64,000 bases of DNA from a virus (Duplodnaviria > Caudoviricetes), in the IMG/VR virus record IMGVR_UViG_3300025934_000015, positions 56,839-120,838 of that record. The stretch is one strand, 5' to 3'. This document shows positions 28,522 through 38,999 of this stretch, piece by piece; position 1 is the stretch's first letter, and the number at the start of each line of letters is the position of its first letter. A program made the position numbers and the translations under genes. A model generated the notes under the pieces. That model made no database searches, was not told where the DNA came from, and was given only the letters and a program-made list of their open reading frames with translations.

Positions 28522-29771
28522 GTGCATTCAAGGATTTGATTACGCGTGGGCTACGTTCAGCCCAGCCTGCCGCGACGACCGTGCCGGAAGGTACGTTGTA
28601 CTTTGTAACGGATGAAGGGGTCACCGAGCGATCGAACGGCACGGTGTGGCAGTCCTATTCTGCGAGTTCGGCCGGATTTGTCAACACCTCAGGTACGCCC
28701 GCGACTGGCAACCTCGCCAAGTTCACCGATGCGGACACGATTACCAATGCCGATTTGACTGGTGATGTGACGACGTCTGGCGGTGTGGCGGCGACGATTC
28801 CGAATAATACGGTCAATTACGCCAAGATGCAGGATGTGTCGGCAGCATCCAAACTCCTGGGCCGTGGGTCTGCCGCGGGTGCGGGCGATCCGCAGGAAAT
28901 CACGGTCGGCACGGGACTGGCCATGACCGGAACCACGCTGTCGGCCTCTGGCGGGACCGGCACAGTGGACACGTCCGGCACGCCTGCGGCGGGCAACCTT
29001 ACCAAGTTCACTGATGCCGATACGATTACCAATGCCAATTTAACAGGCGATGTGACCACCTCCGGCGGCGTCGCCACGACCATCGCGAATGATGCGGTCA
29101 CGTATGCCAAAATGCAAAACGTGTCTGCGGCCTCGAAGTTACTCGGCCGTGGATCCGCGGGTGGCGCAGGGGATCCCGAAGAAATCACCGTAGGGACTGG
29201 CCTGTCCATGACCGGAACCACGCTAGCTGCGACGGGCGGTGGTGGCAGTGGAGCCCTGGTGCTTCTTGAACAACATACCGCTTCTGGGTCCGCCTCCCTC
29301 GACTTTACGACCGGCATCAGTGGCACGTATGACGAATACATGGTGGAGTTCGTGGATATCGTTCCGGCCACGAACAACGTAGACCTGTTAATGCTCATGT
29401 CCACGAACGGGGGATCCTCGTACGATTCGGGCGCGAACTACGCACGCCAGACACGGCTGGATCAGTCCACCTTCAACACCGTGGCGGGCGGCAATAGCGG
29501 TCTGACATCCCTGATTGCCATCACGAACGTCGTGAATACTTCGACGTATAGTGTGAATTTGTCTGGTAAGTTGTGGACGCCCGGATCCACGGCACACTAC
29601 AAGACCTTCACCTTCCAGGGGGTCTATCGTAACAATGACGGATCGTTCTACTCATTCGTGGGCGCGGGCACATACATCAGTACGACGGCGGTCAATGCGT
29701 TCCAAGTAAAGTTCTCCTCGGGCAATATCGCCAGCGGCACGGTGCGTCTCTACGGAATTGCGAAGACGTAA
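28518..29771 (+). CDS. Tail fibre protein with an internal duplication
   Basis: Two ~95-aa repeats; C-terminal NAFQVKFSSGNIASGTVRLYG. Confidence 0.8.
   Translation: MSAFKDLITRGLRSAQPAATTVPEGTLYFVTDEGVTERSNGTVWQSYSASSAGFVNTSGTPATGNLAKFTDADTITNADLTGDVTTSGGVAATIPNNTVNYAKMQDVSAASKLLGRGSAAGAGDPQEITVGTGLAMTGTTLSASGGTGTVDTSGTPAAGNLTKFTDADTITNANLTGDVTTSGGVATTIANDAVTYAKMQNVSAASKLLGRGSAGGAGDPEEITVGTGLSMTGTTLAATGGGGSGALVLLEQHTASGSASLDFTTGISGTYDEYMVEFVDIVPATNNVDLLMLMSTNGGSSYDSGANYARQTRLDQSTFNTVAGGNSGLTSLIAITNVVNTSTYSVNLSGKLWTPGSTAHYKTFTFQGVYRNNDGSFYSFVGAGTYISTTAVNAFQVKFSSGNIASGTVRLYGIAKT
28680..29240 (+). repeat. Tandem ~285-bp coding duplication in the fibre gene
   Basis: TSGTPA.GNL.KFTDADTITNA.LTGDVTTSGGVA.TI...YAKMQ.VSAASKLLGRGSA.GAGDP.EITVGTGL.MTGTTL occurs twice. 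Confidence 0.9.
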
Positions 29772-29774
29772 CGC

Positions 29775-31871
29775 ATGAAAACCTATAACTATCAAACCGC
29801 AGGCGATTTCTCAGTCACGGCGACTGGGAATATCGACAACCTTGACTTTAAGGCCTGTAGTTTGATCCTGATGAATAACGCCTCTGCGGCTACCCTGCGT
29901 GGTCTGAAGGCGGGATTTCCGGGACAGCGTGTTGTCATCGTTTCAATGGGCGCAGGGTCGGTCAGTCTGGCGCACGAGGATACTGGATCCGTGGCCGCAA
30001 ACCGGTTGACCAACATTGTCACGACGGTCGCAACTGCCTTGATCACCGGCGGGGGCGCGACGTATCAGTACGATTCCACCACGGCCCGCTGGCGGCTCCT
30101 CGGCACGAGCGGTGTGGAAGTCCTCGGCAATGGTACGAAGACCGCCCCGGCGTTTGCGTTTGCCGGAGCACCGGATACAGGTTGGTACTGGCGCAGTGGA
30201 TCCCTGGAGGCCTCCATTGCCAGCTCACCTCTACTTCAGATCAATAGCACGGGTCTGGTGAATGGTGGCAGTAACGGGTACGCATTTGCAGCGGGCGATG
30301 TCCAAGTCAACACGCCGGATCTCTATCTGCGACGTGAAGCTGCGAATACCCTTGCGCTACGAAACCTGACGAACAATCAGGTGTTCCGGATCTATAACAC
30401 CTTTACGGATGCCAGTAACTACGAACGCGGGTTCGTGCGCTGGAACCTCAACGTCTTCGATCTTGGCACGGAGTTCGCGGGAACTGGCACGGCACGCTCG
30501 ATTGGGCTCTACACAGGTGGCACACGTCGATGGATCATTGATGGAAACGGTCACTTCATTGCGTCGCTCGATAACAGCGTAGACATTGGACAGAGCGGAG
30601 CGAACCGTCCACGTCACTACTACGGCGCAGGAAATATCACGGTGGCCGGGGCCATTACGTCCTCCAATGTGATTTCTGCGACACGTGGTTTACAAGGGGG
30701 CTTTGCACCATCAATCACGGATCCGATGACGTCGTACAGCTCTGGTATGTGGTTTCCACGTACCAGCGATCTGAACGGCGGCTATATGATCGATTATCAA
30801 GACGAGTACGCGCTCGTCGATAAGCGGACCGGCACGGTTGTGACATTGACGGCTGGAGCAGGTTTGAGTTCCGGCGTTGTCAGCTCCTTGTTTGTGGATG
30901 ACTCCTCAAACATCGTGTGGAATACCGGTACCTCTCCGTTTCCCGTAGTTCTCGAAATCGATACGACCACGACGCCCATTCTGGCCGCTGGCAACGGGTT
31001 CTATAACCTAGGCATTACGTATCGCTACACCGGCACCGGTGCGAAACCAACCAACATCAAGATCGAAGTGTGGGACTCGGGAGCCTACGTGACGCGCTAC
31101 GACGCGCCGATGTCTATCGATCCTATTGGTGGGGCATGGCTCTCGCCACGATTTCTTGGGGATCCGACGTCCGGTCTGTTCAACATGAACAAACTCAAGG
31201 TCACGTTGAGTGGAACAAATCCACTCGCGGGCTCGGACGTCTTCCGTCTCCAGCGGTTGATGCTCTATCATCCGACGGCCGTCTGGGATCCTTGGCATTT
31301 GCCAAAAATGGGAGGCACGCTCTATGGTGCCCTGACGGTTCAAAGTACGATTGCTGCAACAGGGGCTATCAGTGGAACAGCCGGAGCGACCGTCTCACTT
31401 GCGGATGCAGGCGTGGGCACAAAGGCCCTGGTTACGACGCTAGGACGCACCGGCGGTAGTAATGCAACGACAACCGAGCGGATGTTAGGGCTAGCATTTT
31501 CTGACGGTCTCAACACCACACTGACCTCCGGCATTACCGGTATCCGTGAAAATCCGAATGCCTCGTACTTGGGCGGTATCGGTTTCTTCGTCCATGCGAC
31601 CAGCGGTACTCCGGCAACGACGTTTGCGGATCTCGTTGAGGCCGCACGATTCAATTCGACCGGCGATCTGGTTATCAATACCACGACAGACGCATCCTCC
31701 TCGGTGACGGGATCACTGCGGACCGCGGGCGGTTTGGGTGTGGCGAAAAAAGCCTTCATCGGTACGGACTTGACTGTTGGGGGCAACGTCAATTTTACGG
31801 CGCTGCCGACCAGTAACCCGGGCGTGGCGGGCCGTCTCTGGAACAATGGCGGTGTGGTGCAAATCTCGTAG
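29775..31871 (+). CDS. Tail fibre / receptor-binding protein
   Basis: G/T/S-rich; AP.FAFAG.PDTG.Y; TGSL.TAGGLGVAK; LPTSNPGVAG.LWNNGG. Confidence 0.75.
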   Translation: MKTYNYQTAGDFSVTATGNIDNLDFKACSLILMNNASAATLRGLKAGFPGQRVVIVSMGAGSVSLAHEDTGSVAANRLTNIVTTVATALITGGGATYQYDSTTARWRLLGTSGVEVLGNGTKTAPAFAFAGAPDTGWYWRSGSLEASIASSPLLQINSTGLVNGGSNGYAFAAGDVQVNTPDLYLRREAANTLALRNLTNNQVFRIYNTFTDASNYERGFVRWNLNVFDLGTEFAGTGTARSIGLYTGGTRRWIIDGNGHFIASLDNSVDIGQSGANRPRHYYGAGNITVAGAITSSNVISATRGLQGGFAPSITDPMTSYSSGMWFPRTSDLNGGYMIDYQDEYALVDKRTGTVVTLTAGAGLSSGVVSSLFVDDSSNIVWNTGTSPFPVVLEIDTTTTPILAAGNGFYNLGITYRYTGTGAKPTNIKIEVWDSGAYVTRYDAPMSIDPIGGAWLSPRFLGDPTSGLFNMNKLKVTLSGTNPLAGSDVFRLQRLMLYHPTAVWDPWHLPKMGGTLYGALTVQSTIAATGAISGTAGATVSLADAGVGTKALVTTLGRTGGSNATTTERMLGLAFSDGLNTTLTSGITGIRENPNASYLGGIGFFVHATSGTPATTFADLVEAARFNSTGDLVINTTTDASSSVTGSLRTAGGLGVAKKAFIGTDLTVGGNVNFTALPTSNPGVAGRLWNNGGVVQIS

Positions 31872-31880
31872 GAGTGCGAT

Positions 31881-32216
31881 ATGGCGAATAGTTCATATAC
31901 CCAACAGGCACTCGCGGCCGACGAATCGTTTCGTCTGCGCATCAAGAACGCGCTCGCGAGCGTTGCGTGGCAGGTGCTCACCGAACAAACCAGCGTTGAG
32001 CACCATCAGGCCCGCGCCGACTTCGCGCGCAGTGTGACGGCGAACCTCGACGGACACGCGGCGACAATTGCGCCATGGTTGGTGACTCGTCCGAACCTAA
32101 TCGGGTTCGCAACCTCGTACGACTTCGAGCGCCGTGCCATTGTCACAGCCTCCGGCGACCCCGACATCGAATCACAGATTGCCACGGACTGGAACATCAT
32201 TGCAGGGTTGGCATGA
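31881..32216 (+). CDS. Hypothetical tail-associated protein
   Basis: RBS GGAG; tightly packed after the fibre gene. Confidence 0.65.
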   Translation: MANSSYTQQALAADESFRLRIKNALASVAWQVLTEQTSVEHHQARADFARSVTANLDGHAATIAPWLVTRPNLIGFATSYDFERRAIVTASGDPDIESQIATDWNIIAGLA

Positions 32217-32599
32217 TTCAAACAACCCTCGGACGAATCTTTGAAGCGGAACCGGCATTGACGCGGTTACTCGCGATCAAGTTTGACAAGCCGAATGGTG
32301 CAAAGCTGCGGTACCATGTGGTCAAACTCGCGCAGCTTGCCCAGGTGGAACTAGCGCATTTTTACGAGGAGCGCAATGCTCTGGTGGAGAAATTTGGCGA
32401 GGGCGACCCAAAGATTGTGACTCCGACGTGCGCCCACTGGTCCGAATACCTTGTAGCAGTGAATCAGTTAGGGGCCGTGCCGGTGAGCCTTTTTGTGGAC
32501 CCCATTACAAATTGTATGGTTGAACCGTACCCCGAGATAATGGGCACGGATCTCATCGCCTTAGGTCCGTTATTTCTTCTGGAGGAACCTGCCGTATGA
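32213..32599 (+). CDS. Putative fibre chaperone
   Basis: Helical; YEERNALVEKFGE; ATGA overlap. Confidence 0.55.
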   Translation: MIQTTLGRIFEAEPALTRLLAIKFDKPNGAKLRYHVVKLAQLAQVELAHFYEERNALVEKFGEGDPKIVTPTCAHWSEYLVAVNQLGAVPVSLFVDPITNCMVEPYPEIMGTDLIALGPLFLLEEPAV

Positions 32600-32913
32600 A
32601 CGCGCATGAGCAGCGAACCCATCGATCAGTCACGCAGGCGCTGGATAAGCGCGTGGGTGATGCAGAAACGCTCATCACGGCCCTTGACGCCCGGCTCATG
32701 GACCTTACTGCGGCTGTGGAAAAAGACCTGTTGGTGTTAAAGAGCGCCAACGAAAATAGTTACTTCGAGGAGCGCAATGAACGTCAAAGCGCGGTGTTGA
32801 TGCTCAGTGCCCAAATTGCCGACATACAGGCATGGCGGGCGCGCACGTATCGTCAACGGGTGCGGGACTTTTTCAAAACCCTCACGACATGGCGTGTCAA
32901 TGACGTTCAATGA
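32596..32913 (+). CDS. Coiled-coil hypothetical protein
   Basis: ATGA overlap; RBS GGAGG. Confidence 0.6.
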   Translation: MNAHEQRTHRSVTQALDKRVGDAETLITALDARLMDLTAAVEKDLLVLKSANENSYFEERNERQSAVLMLSAQIADIQAWRARTYRQRVRDFFKTLTTWRVNDVQ

Positions 32914-33379
32914 CGCCTTTGATCGTCTGCTTGGCAACGAGGGTGGATACGTCAATAACCCTGCGGACCCTGGTGGTGAGACGAACTGGGGGATATCGAA
33001 GCGTGCGTATCCGAATGTCGATATTCTGCATCTGACAAAGGATCAGGCCAAAGGGATTTATCTGCGAGACTTCTGGACGCGCATTCATGCCGATGAGTTA
33101 TGGGACGGCGTGGCATTTCAGACATTCGACTTTGCAGTCAACTCTAGTATCGAGACCGCTATCCGTTATCTCCAGCGCGCTATAGGGGTGGCGGATGATG
33201 GTCATTGGGGGCCGGTCAGTCGAAAGGCGGCGGCGACGTGGAGTGAATCCGACATCATCCTGCGACTCAATGCGGAACGTCTGGAGTTTATGACGAAACT
33301 GAGTAACTGGCCCAATGCCGGTCGTGGGTGGGCGCGTCGGATCGCGGCCAACTTACGATGGGGCGCTGAGGACTCGTAA
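32900..33379 (+). CDS. Endolysin, glycoside hydrolase family 108 with PG-binding C-terminus
   Basis: EGGYVNNPADPGGETNWGIS; FDFAVNS; LQRAIGV.DDG.WGP; GWARR. Confidence 0.92.
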   Translation: MTFNDAFDRLLGNEGGYVNNPADPGGETNWGISKRAYPNVDILHLTKDQAKGIYLRDFWTRIHADELWDGVAFQTFDFAVNSSIETAIRYLQRAIGVADDGHWGPVSRKAAATWSESDIILRLNAERLEFMTKLSNWPNAGRGWARRIAANLRWGAEDS

Positions 33380-33565
33380 ATGATCACTGAGGAATGCCCG
33401 ACACCATTAGAGGATCGATTACTGCAATACGTCGAATCCCGCATAGAGTTTTTAGAGAGAAGCAATACACTATGTAAAACCTGTAGGGAATGTCAAATTA
33501 TGGAGTTACGGCGAATCATCGACGTGCTTCCAAAACGGTCCATTGCAAAGGACAACGATGCCTAA
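33380..33565 (+). CDS. Small hypothetical protein
   Basis: ATG follows the endolysin stop; CxxCxxC. Confidence 0.45.
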   Translation: MITEECPTPLEDRLLQYVESRIEFLERSNTLCKTCRECQIMELRRIIDVLPKRSIAKDNDA

Positions 33566-36500
33566 GTTGAACTACGTCGAAGACGTGCTTGGGGCTATCG
33601 CTGGCGTTCCAGGGTGGTTGAACCAACGCATGTTTCCATTTCCCTCATATGGCGGAGGCGCGTGGAAGAATGATACGACGGCGATTGAAGCCGTGGCGTC
33701 CGAAGGGGGTCATGTCAAGTTCTGGAAGCCCTTCGAGGATCCAGCCGGGACAGCCCTGGTCAATGCGTGGGACCCGCCGACGGGCGTGTTCGAAATTTCT
33801 GGCGGCGGCGACCGCTGGATTGCCATCACGGAAGGCGAGCAACGTGAATCGCTGTTGATCGGATCGTTAGGTGCGATCCCACGTGCCGGTTTTGGTCACG
33901 TCGCCGCCGATGGCACCATCGCCTTCAAGACGATTTATCAATCTGATCGCGGCGTGACCATTGTGCCGCCCTGGGCTGTTGGCCGTTGGCCTCCGAAGCC
34001 TAACGCGGTCTGGCCGACGGACGTCCCGGACGGCTGGATCATGGTGCCGGATGCATTTCCCGTCGATATCCAAGCCCTTCCGGGAGGACGCGCTATTTGG
34101 CGCGGGGGCGCGTACGGACGTGCGGCCGTGCACCCCTATTACAGTGACGCGATGGGCGTGCAGCTCGTGCGCGTGGGGTCTGAGGATTTCCTGCTCTACT
34201 GGTCTAACGCTCGCGCGGCGCTGGTCTTTCAACCAGACGGGGCGATGGAGGGCTACATCCTAGAAACCGATGGACAAGGGTTCAATTCCCACGTCATCGG
34301 CGGTACGCAGTACGCCACAATTGTGTGGTCCAAAACGCAGGGCGAGGCTCCGCAGGATCTGGTTAAACTCCACGTCAATCGCCAGGGCGTGCAGTTTTTG
34401 ATCGACTGGCATCCGGCACGACCGGTGCCGACCTGGGGACCGTTGACTATACCACTGCCGGTCCTCACGCGTGCGACCTGGATCACGTGGTTCGAGTTTG
34501 CGCAAGGCCCGACCGCACCCGGCAACGGCCATCTACTCGTACGCGGCTTCAGCGGCCCGATCGCCAAACCGTTTATCCTCGCGCCGGAATTGGAAGGGAA
34601 GGTCAGCGGCCAAGTGCTTGGCGCGTTCTGTGGTGGATCGACGGTCGAGGAGATTGAAACGCACGCGCGGGAGGTCGCCGCTGCCGGATACCGGCCGGTC
34701 GCCTACTGGGATAGCCGGGTGTGGCCCCGCTGGCCGTCCTTGCCGCCCGGGTCATGGCTGTGCCTCCAAGCCTACTGTCGGAACGGCGAACCGCCTGCGG
34801 CCTTTGAGGCCAGTCTGCGTGGCATTCTCCGTGACGCACCCGACCTGCCGATTGTGCTGGTGTGTCAACAGTACACTTCGAATGCGTCCTTGACGTCCGA
34901 TATCAAGCCTTTGATTCCGGTCTTTCTCACACTAGCGAACGAATTCGCCCGCATTGTCGCGTTGGCCCCCTTCTCCGGGTACGGCCGTGCCACAGGATAC
35001 AACGATCATCCAGAAATTTACGGCGATTGGGAGACGATCCGCACGACGACCAGAACGCCGCCATTCATTCCCTATACGGGAGGTTCTGTGGTTCCACCGA
35101 AGATTACCATCACGTCGTACGATCCGACGACCGGCACTGCCCCACTTGTCGTGACGGCTGTATATGCGAAGGAAGCGGGCAGCGGTCCGATTGATCAGGT
35201 CAAGTGGTGGACTCGACAGCTTGGCACGTCCACGTGGACGCTTGTCGCCACCAATCCGCCTGACGATCCGGATCATCATTATCACTTCGATACGGCTGGA
35301 ACCTACGAGATCAAGCTGACCGCTATTGGCCCTGGTGGCGAAGGATCCACCGGCGTGCAGCGCCTCGTGACCGTCTACGCGGACACCCCACAGCCACAGC
35401 CTCCGCCATCTGGCAAGATCCCGCCGATCAGCGACGACCAGATTGTCGAGCTGACCACCATCTACGACGGCACCGCCCCGGCGCAGCGGAAGAACGATCA
35501 CGACTATCTGCGCGATGGCTGTTACTATGGGCTCGGCTATGCGCGCAATCGGACGATCGCGGATCACCCACGTGCGACCAGTTGGTACAAAACCTCGGCG
35601 GAAGCAGACGCATACTACAGTGCGACACCTCCTGGCATGTTTACGGACGGTGAAGTGCAGGACGTCTCGAGCCGCTTCACATCACGTTATCAAGCCCTCG
35701 GCCGCTATCAACAGCAGTCGCGGAGGGATAACAATCGGGACCAGACGTACTGGGCTATCGTCTACGCGCGACAGCGGGAACAGGGCCAACCGCACGAAGC
35801 CGCCCTCCAGGAGATGGAGCGGCAGATGGCGGCGGAAGCGGGACAGCCGGATCCGTATCCACCACCGCCTGCTGGTCCCGTGTCCGACATCCGGATCGAG
35901 AATCGTCGCTTCAAAAGCGATAACCAGTGGTGGGCGTGGCGGGGCGTGTCGGACTTCAATACCACCGCATATGTGCTCCAGAGTAACTATGCGGCCATGG
36001 ATGCCCGCTTCGACGTCTACCAGCGCGCTAAGCGAACGATCGTCCGAACCATGGCCATGCTCAATTGGAATGGTTACGCCTTCAGTCCGCGATCGGTGGG
36101 TTACTGGTCGGCACTCGATACCGTCTATCATGCCGCGATTGACCGTGGCATGAACCTGGAGCTGTGCCTGTTTGCGGACGCCCAGCAGATTGTGCCGGAC
36201 GTGGAGTTGCGGAAAGCGTGGCTCCAGCAATTCGCGGACTTTATCATCGGCCGACCCGGCATCGTGCCACAACTCGCCAATGAGCCATTCAAGAATGGCT
36301 GGACCGGCGCGACCGATCCTGCGCTGTTGGAACTGGCCGACCTATTGGCAGAGCGACTGGGCCATCGGCATTTTTCCATTGGCGACCCGCAAGACGGCGA
36401 TGACCCGGATGCCTCCGCCGAGACCACTGCGGCACTGGTGGAACTCTCACACCACTCGCTGTGTACAGTCATGCACCCCTCGCGCGCGGAAGGCGACAGT

Positions 36501-36998
36501 AGCCGCTGGCGGCGATGGGTGGACCACCTCGAAGGCTTCACCGATGTGATCCACCAACAGGCTCCAGGGACGGCATTATCACTCGACGAACCGATGGGCG
36601 CGGCGCTGACATATCAGTCTGGTCGTCGCGACAACGATCCGGATGCACATATTGCCGCCGAGATGGTCGCCAAGTGCTGCGGCTTCGGCTACACCTATCA
36701 CTATCTCTGCGAGGAAGTGCCAGACGCCGCGCAGCTTCCGGGCTTACTGGCCATGGCTCCGTTCATCGACCAAGTCCCCGTGGACCCTGGCTGGTCGTAC
36801 CGCAACGATAGCTGGGACGGCAGTCCCACGCACGGGTACCGCGTGACCGGCAAGGACGGGAAGGTCCGGAGTATGGTCAACGGATCGTCGTTCTGGACCG
36901 TCGCGTATGGCGAGCTGGACTTCGGATCGATCAACTGGGTGCGTCCACCACAGGAAACGGTCTACGATGGTGCACGCTGCAAAATCTATAGGGGGTAG
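33558..36998 (+). CDS. Large modular protein with a PKD-like domain and a C-terminal clan GH-A-like glycoside hydrolase domain
   Basis: HYHFDTAGTYEIKLTA.GPGG (PKD); W.WRGVSDF, IVR, LELCLFAD, LANEP, LDEPMG; Pro-rich linkers. Confidence 0.65.
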   Translation: MPKLNYVEDVLGAIAGVPGWLNQRMFPFPSYGGGAWKNDTTAIEAVASEGGHVKFWKPFEDPAGTALVNAWDPPTGVFEISGGGDRWIAITEGEQRESLLIGSLGAIPRAGFGHVAADGTIAFKTIYQSDRGVTIVPPWAVGRWPPKPNAVWPTDVPDGWIMVPDAFPVDIQALPGGRAIWRGGAYGRAAVHPYYSDAMGVQLVRVGSEDFLLYWSNARAALVFQPDGAMEGYILETDGQGFNSHVIGGTQYATIVWSKTQGEAPQDLVKLHVNRQGVQFLIDWHPARPVPTWGPLTIPLPVLTRATWITWFEFAQGPTAPGNGHLLVRGFSGPIAKPFILAPELEGKVSGQVLGAFCGGSTVEEIETHAREVAAAGYRPVAYWDSRVWPRWPSLPPGSWLCLQAYCRNGEPPAAFEASLRGILRDAPDLPIVLVCQQYTSNASLTSDIKPLIPVFLTLANEFARIVALAPFSGYGRATGYNDHPEIYGDWETIRTTTRTPPFIPYTGGSVVPPKITITSYDPTTGTAPLVVTAVYAKEAGSGPIDQVKWWTRQLGTSTWTLVATNPPDDPDHHYHFDTAGTYEIKLTAIGPGGEGSTGVQRLVTVYADTPQPQPPPSGKIPPISDDQIVELTTIYDGTAPAQRKNDHDYLRDGCYYGLGYARNRTIADHPRATSWYKTSAEADAYYSATPPGMFTDGEVQDVSSRFTSRYQALGRYQQQSRRDNNRDQTYWAIVYARQREQGQPHEAALQEMERQMAAEAGQPDPYPPPPAGPVSDIRIENRRFKSDNQWWAWRGVSDFNTTAYVLQSNYAAMDARFDVYQRAKRTIVRTMAMLNWNGYAFSPRSVGYWSALDTVYHAAIDRGMNLELCLFADAQQIVPDVELRKAWLQQFADFIIGRPGIVPQLANEPFKNGWTGATDPALLELADLLAERLGHRHFSIGDPQDGDDPDASAETTAALVELSHHSLCTVMHPSRAEGDSSRWRRWVDHLEGFTDVIHQQAPGTALSLDEPMGAALTYQSGRRDNDPDAHIAAEMVAKCCGFGYTYHYLCEEVPDAAQLPGLLAMAPFIDQVPVDPGWSYRNDSWDGSPTHGYRVTGKDGKVRSMVNGSSFWTVAYGELDFGSINWVRPPQETVYDGARCKIYRG

Positions 36999-37000
36999 TG

Positions 37001-37264
37001 ATGGGAGAGACACCAACACCGAGTGTCACGTACTTCGCGCAGTCGATCCTTGTCAGTAAAACGTTCTGGATCAACGTCGGGATTACCATCCTTGCGATCG
37101 CAGAGGCCAAGGATGTGATCAACGTGCTCCCGCCGGGGGTGATGAAGTACGTGCCGTCCGTCGTGGCGGTGATCAATATCCTGCTTCGTCGTACGACCTC
37201 CCGTCCAGTACGGTTCATGTTGAAGCCGGGCAATTCGCAACCCGTCCTCGTGAAAAAACTCTAA
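37001..37264 (+). CDS. Putative holin
   Basis: S.L.SKTFW.N, two hydrophobic segments, NILLR.T..PV, basic C-terminus. Confidence 0.7.
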   Translation: MGETPTPSVTYFAQSILVSKTFWINVGITILAIAEAKDVINVLPPGVMKYVPSVVAVINILLRRTTSRPVRFMLKPGNSQPVLVKKL

Positions 37265-37288
37265 CTCGCACCCTGCTAAGGAGTGTCC

Positions 37289-37747
37289 ATGTCTCGACAG
37301 AAGCGATTTATTCCCATTGTGCTTGTGGCCGTGCTCCTGGGATGTGCACGGAACAATCCACCCGAGGTCACTGTGCTTCAGACCGGCAGCACGGTCTTGG
37401 ATGCGGCGACCCGCCTGCAAAAAGGCATCACGCAACTGACGGATAACAAGACCATTCCGGTCGCCACGGCTCAGAAGCTGACCGGCTACGTGCAGCAGGT
37501 CTACGACAAAAGCGGACCGCTGGGCGACGCCGTGCAGGCGTACAAGGCCATGACCGATCTGAATCTGCGGAAGCAAAAGGCATCGGAGATCGTGCAGATG
37601 ATTGCCGATATCAACTCGCCGCTGTCGCAGATCCTCAAGGAGGCTGTCCCTGAGGGCGCGCTCAAGGAGTTGTCCACCCTGGCTGGAAACGTGGTGGCGA
37701 CCGTGGCACAAGTGCAGGCCTCGATCGCGCAGGCACTGGCCAAGTAG
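37289..37747 (+). CDS. Lipoprotein (possible spanin component)
   Basis: Lipobox VLLG-C after a hydrophobic signal; helical body. Confidence 0.7.
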   Translation: MSRQKRFIPIVLVAVLLGCARNNPPEVTVLQTGSTVLDAATRLQKGITQLTDNKTIPVATAQKLTGYVQQVYDKSGPLGDAVQAYKAMTDLNLRKQKASEIVQMIADINSPLSQILKEAVPEGALKELSTLAGNVVATVAQVQASIAQALAK

Positions 37748-37758
37748 AGGAGATCATC

Positions 37759-38010
37759 ATGCCCGACATCAATAAGATCGAACAGGAACTGGCTGCGGCC
37801 AATCGCATCATTGTCTCGCTGAACCCGCTGGTGATTGCGTTCGAGGGGCTGGCGGCGCTGGTGATTCAGATTGCGCACCGGACCGGTACGCCGGTGCAGA
37901 CCTTCGAACAAGCGTATGCGGATTTCTCTGCGAAGCGTGACGGACTCAAGGCGGCGCTCGACGAGTTCCACACCAAGTATCCCACGGAGCCGCAGCCGCC
38001 GACGATGTAG
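37759..38010 (+). CDS. Hypothetical protein
   Basis: RBS GAGGAG. Confidence 0.65.
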   Translation: MPDINKIEQELAAANRIIVSLNPLVIAFEGLAALVIQIAHRTGTPVQTFEQAYADFSAKRDGLKAALDEFHTKYPTEPQPPTM

Positions 38011-38016
38011 TGGGTT

Positions 38017-38150
38017 TGCGGGAGGGTCAGGCCGTGTCCCAGAAGCCGGAAATTTATCGCCCGAAGGATGAGGGAACTAGGTATTTGGCCAAGTAGGGAT
38101 CCTTGGATTGGCGTTGCTGCCCCTAGATTGCTCATCCCCCGCATTTTCTT
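38017..38150 (+). ncRNA. Candidate structured RNA
   Basis: Nested stems TGCGGG/CCCGCA, GGATGAG/CTCATCC, CTAGG/CCTAG, CCAAG/CTTGG, then a U-tract. Confidence 0.4.
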
Positions 38151-38162
38151 CGTGAGGACGTC

Positions 38163-38999
38163 ATGGAAAACTTCGAGGTCTCTGCGTTCAAACAGGTTCG
38201 GCTCGGACGGAAACCGCTCAAGTCTACGATGCGCGCACTGTCCTTCGTCGATTTTTTCAAGTTCGTGCAGATACCGATCGCACAGACATATTGGAAGCAC
38301 AAGCAACCGCTGCCACATCGATCGTTCGGCAATCTCATGTACGGCGATTGCACGCGCGCTAAGCAGGCCGTCGCGATCGAACGCATGGAGCGGCTCGAGC
38401 AACGCCGTCTCGTCACCATCACTGATGAGGAAGTCATCCGCGTCTACAAGAGCATGTCAGACCGGCTCTATGGTGGGGGTGATAATGGCGCGTACGAGGA
38501 TGATGCGCTCAATGAGTGGCGCAATCCCGATTTGACCATTCGCGACACCAGCGGTCATCCCTACACCATTGACGCGTATCTTCGCATCGACGCGAAGAAT
38601 CCGGATCAGATCCGTGCCGGTCTAGCCTTGGCTGGCGCGAAGGGGATTGCCATTTGCATCAATCTGCCGATGGCGTTCTCCACCATCAATCCGCCTGCGG
38701 TGTGGGATGTGCCGGAGGGCCAGCCCCTGACGGGTCCGTGGGAGCCCGGGTCGTGGGGTGGACATTCGATGTGGGCGCAGGGGTACGACAGTGATGTGCT
38801 CTACGTGGACAGCACTTGGGAGATGGATACGCATCTGATTTCGTGGCGAGCCGTGGCCGCGTATGTGGATGAAGCCCACCTCGTGATTGACTCGGTGGAT
38901 GCGTGGCGGAAGCGCTCACCCAAGGCAGCCGATCGCCAGGGACTCGGCAATGTCATCGATGCGGTCAACGCCGTCAGCTCGATTAAGATTGCCGCCTGA
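38163..38999 (+). CDS. Papain-like cysteine peptidase
   Basis: GN..YGDCT.A (Cys), WGGHSM (His), STW. Confidence 0.75.
   Translation: MENFEVSAFKQVRLGRKPLKSTMRALSFVDFFKFVQIPIAQTYWKHKQPLPHRSFGNLMYGDCTRAKQAVAIERMERLEQRRLVTITDEEVIRVYKSMSDRLYGGGDNGAYEDDALNEWRNPDLTIRDTSGHPYTIDAYLRIDAKNPDQIRAGLALAGAKGIAICINLPMAFSTINPPAVWDVPEGQPLTGPWEPGSWGGHSMWAQGYDSDVLYVDSTWEMDTHLISWRAVAAYVDEAHLVIDSVDAWRKRSPKAADRQGLGNVIDAVNAVSSIKIAA

Noticed and set aside
28518-31871. Diversity-generating retroelement acting on the fibre genes
   Set aside because: No reverse transcriptase in the window, and the repeat differences are not adenine-specific.
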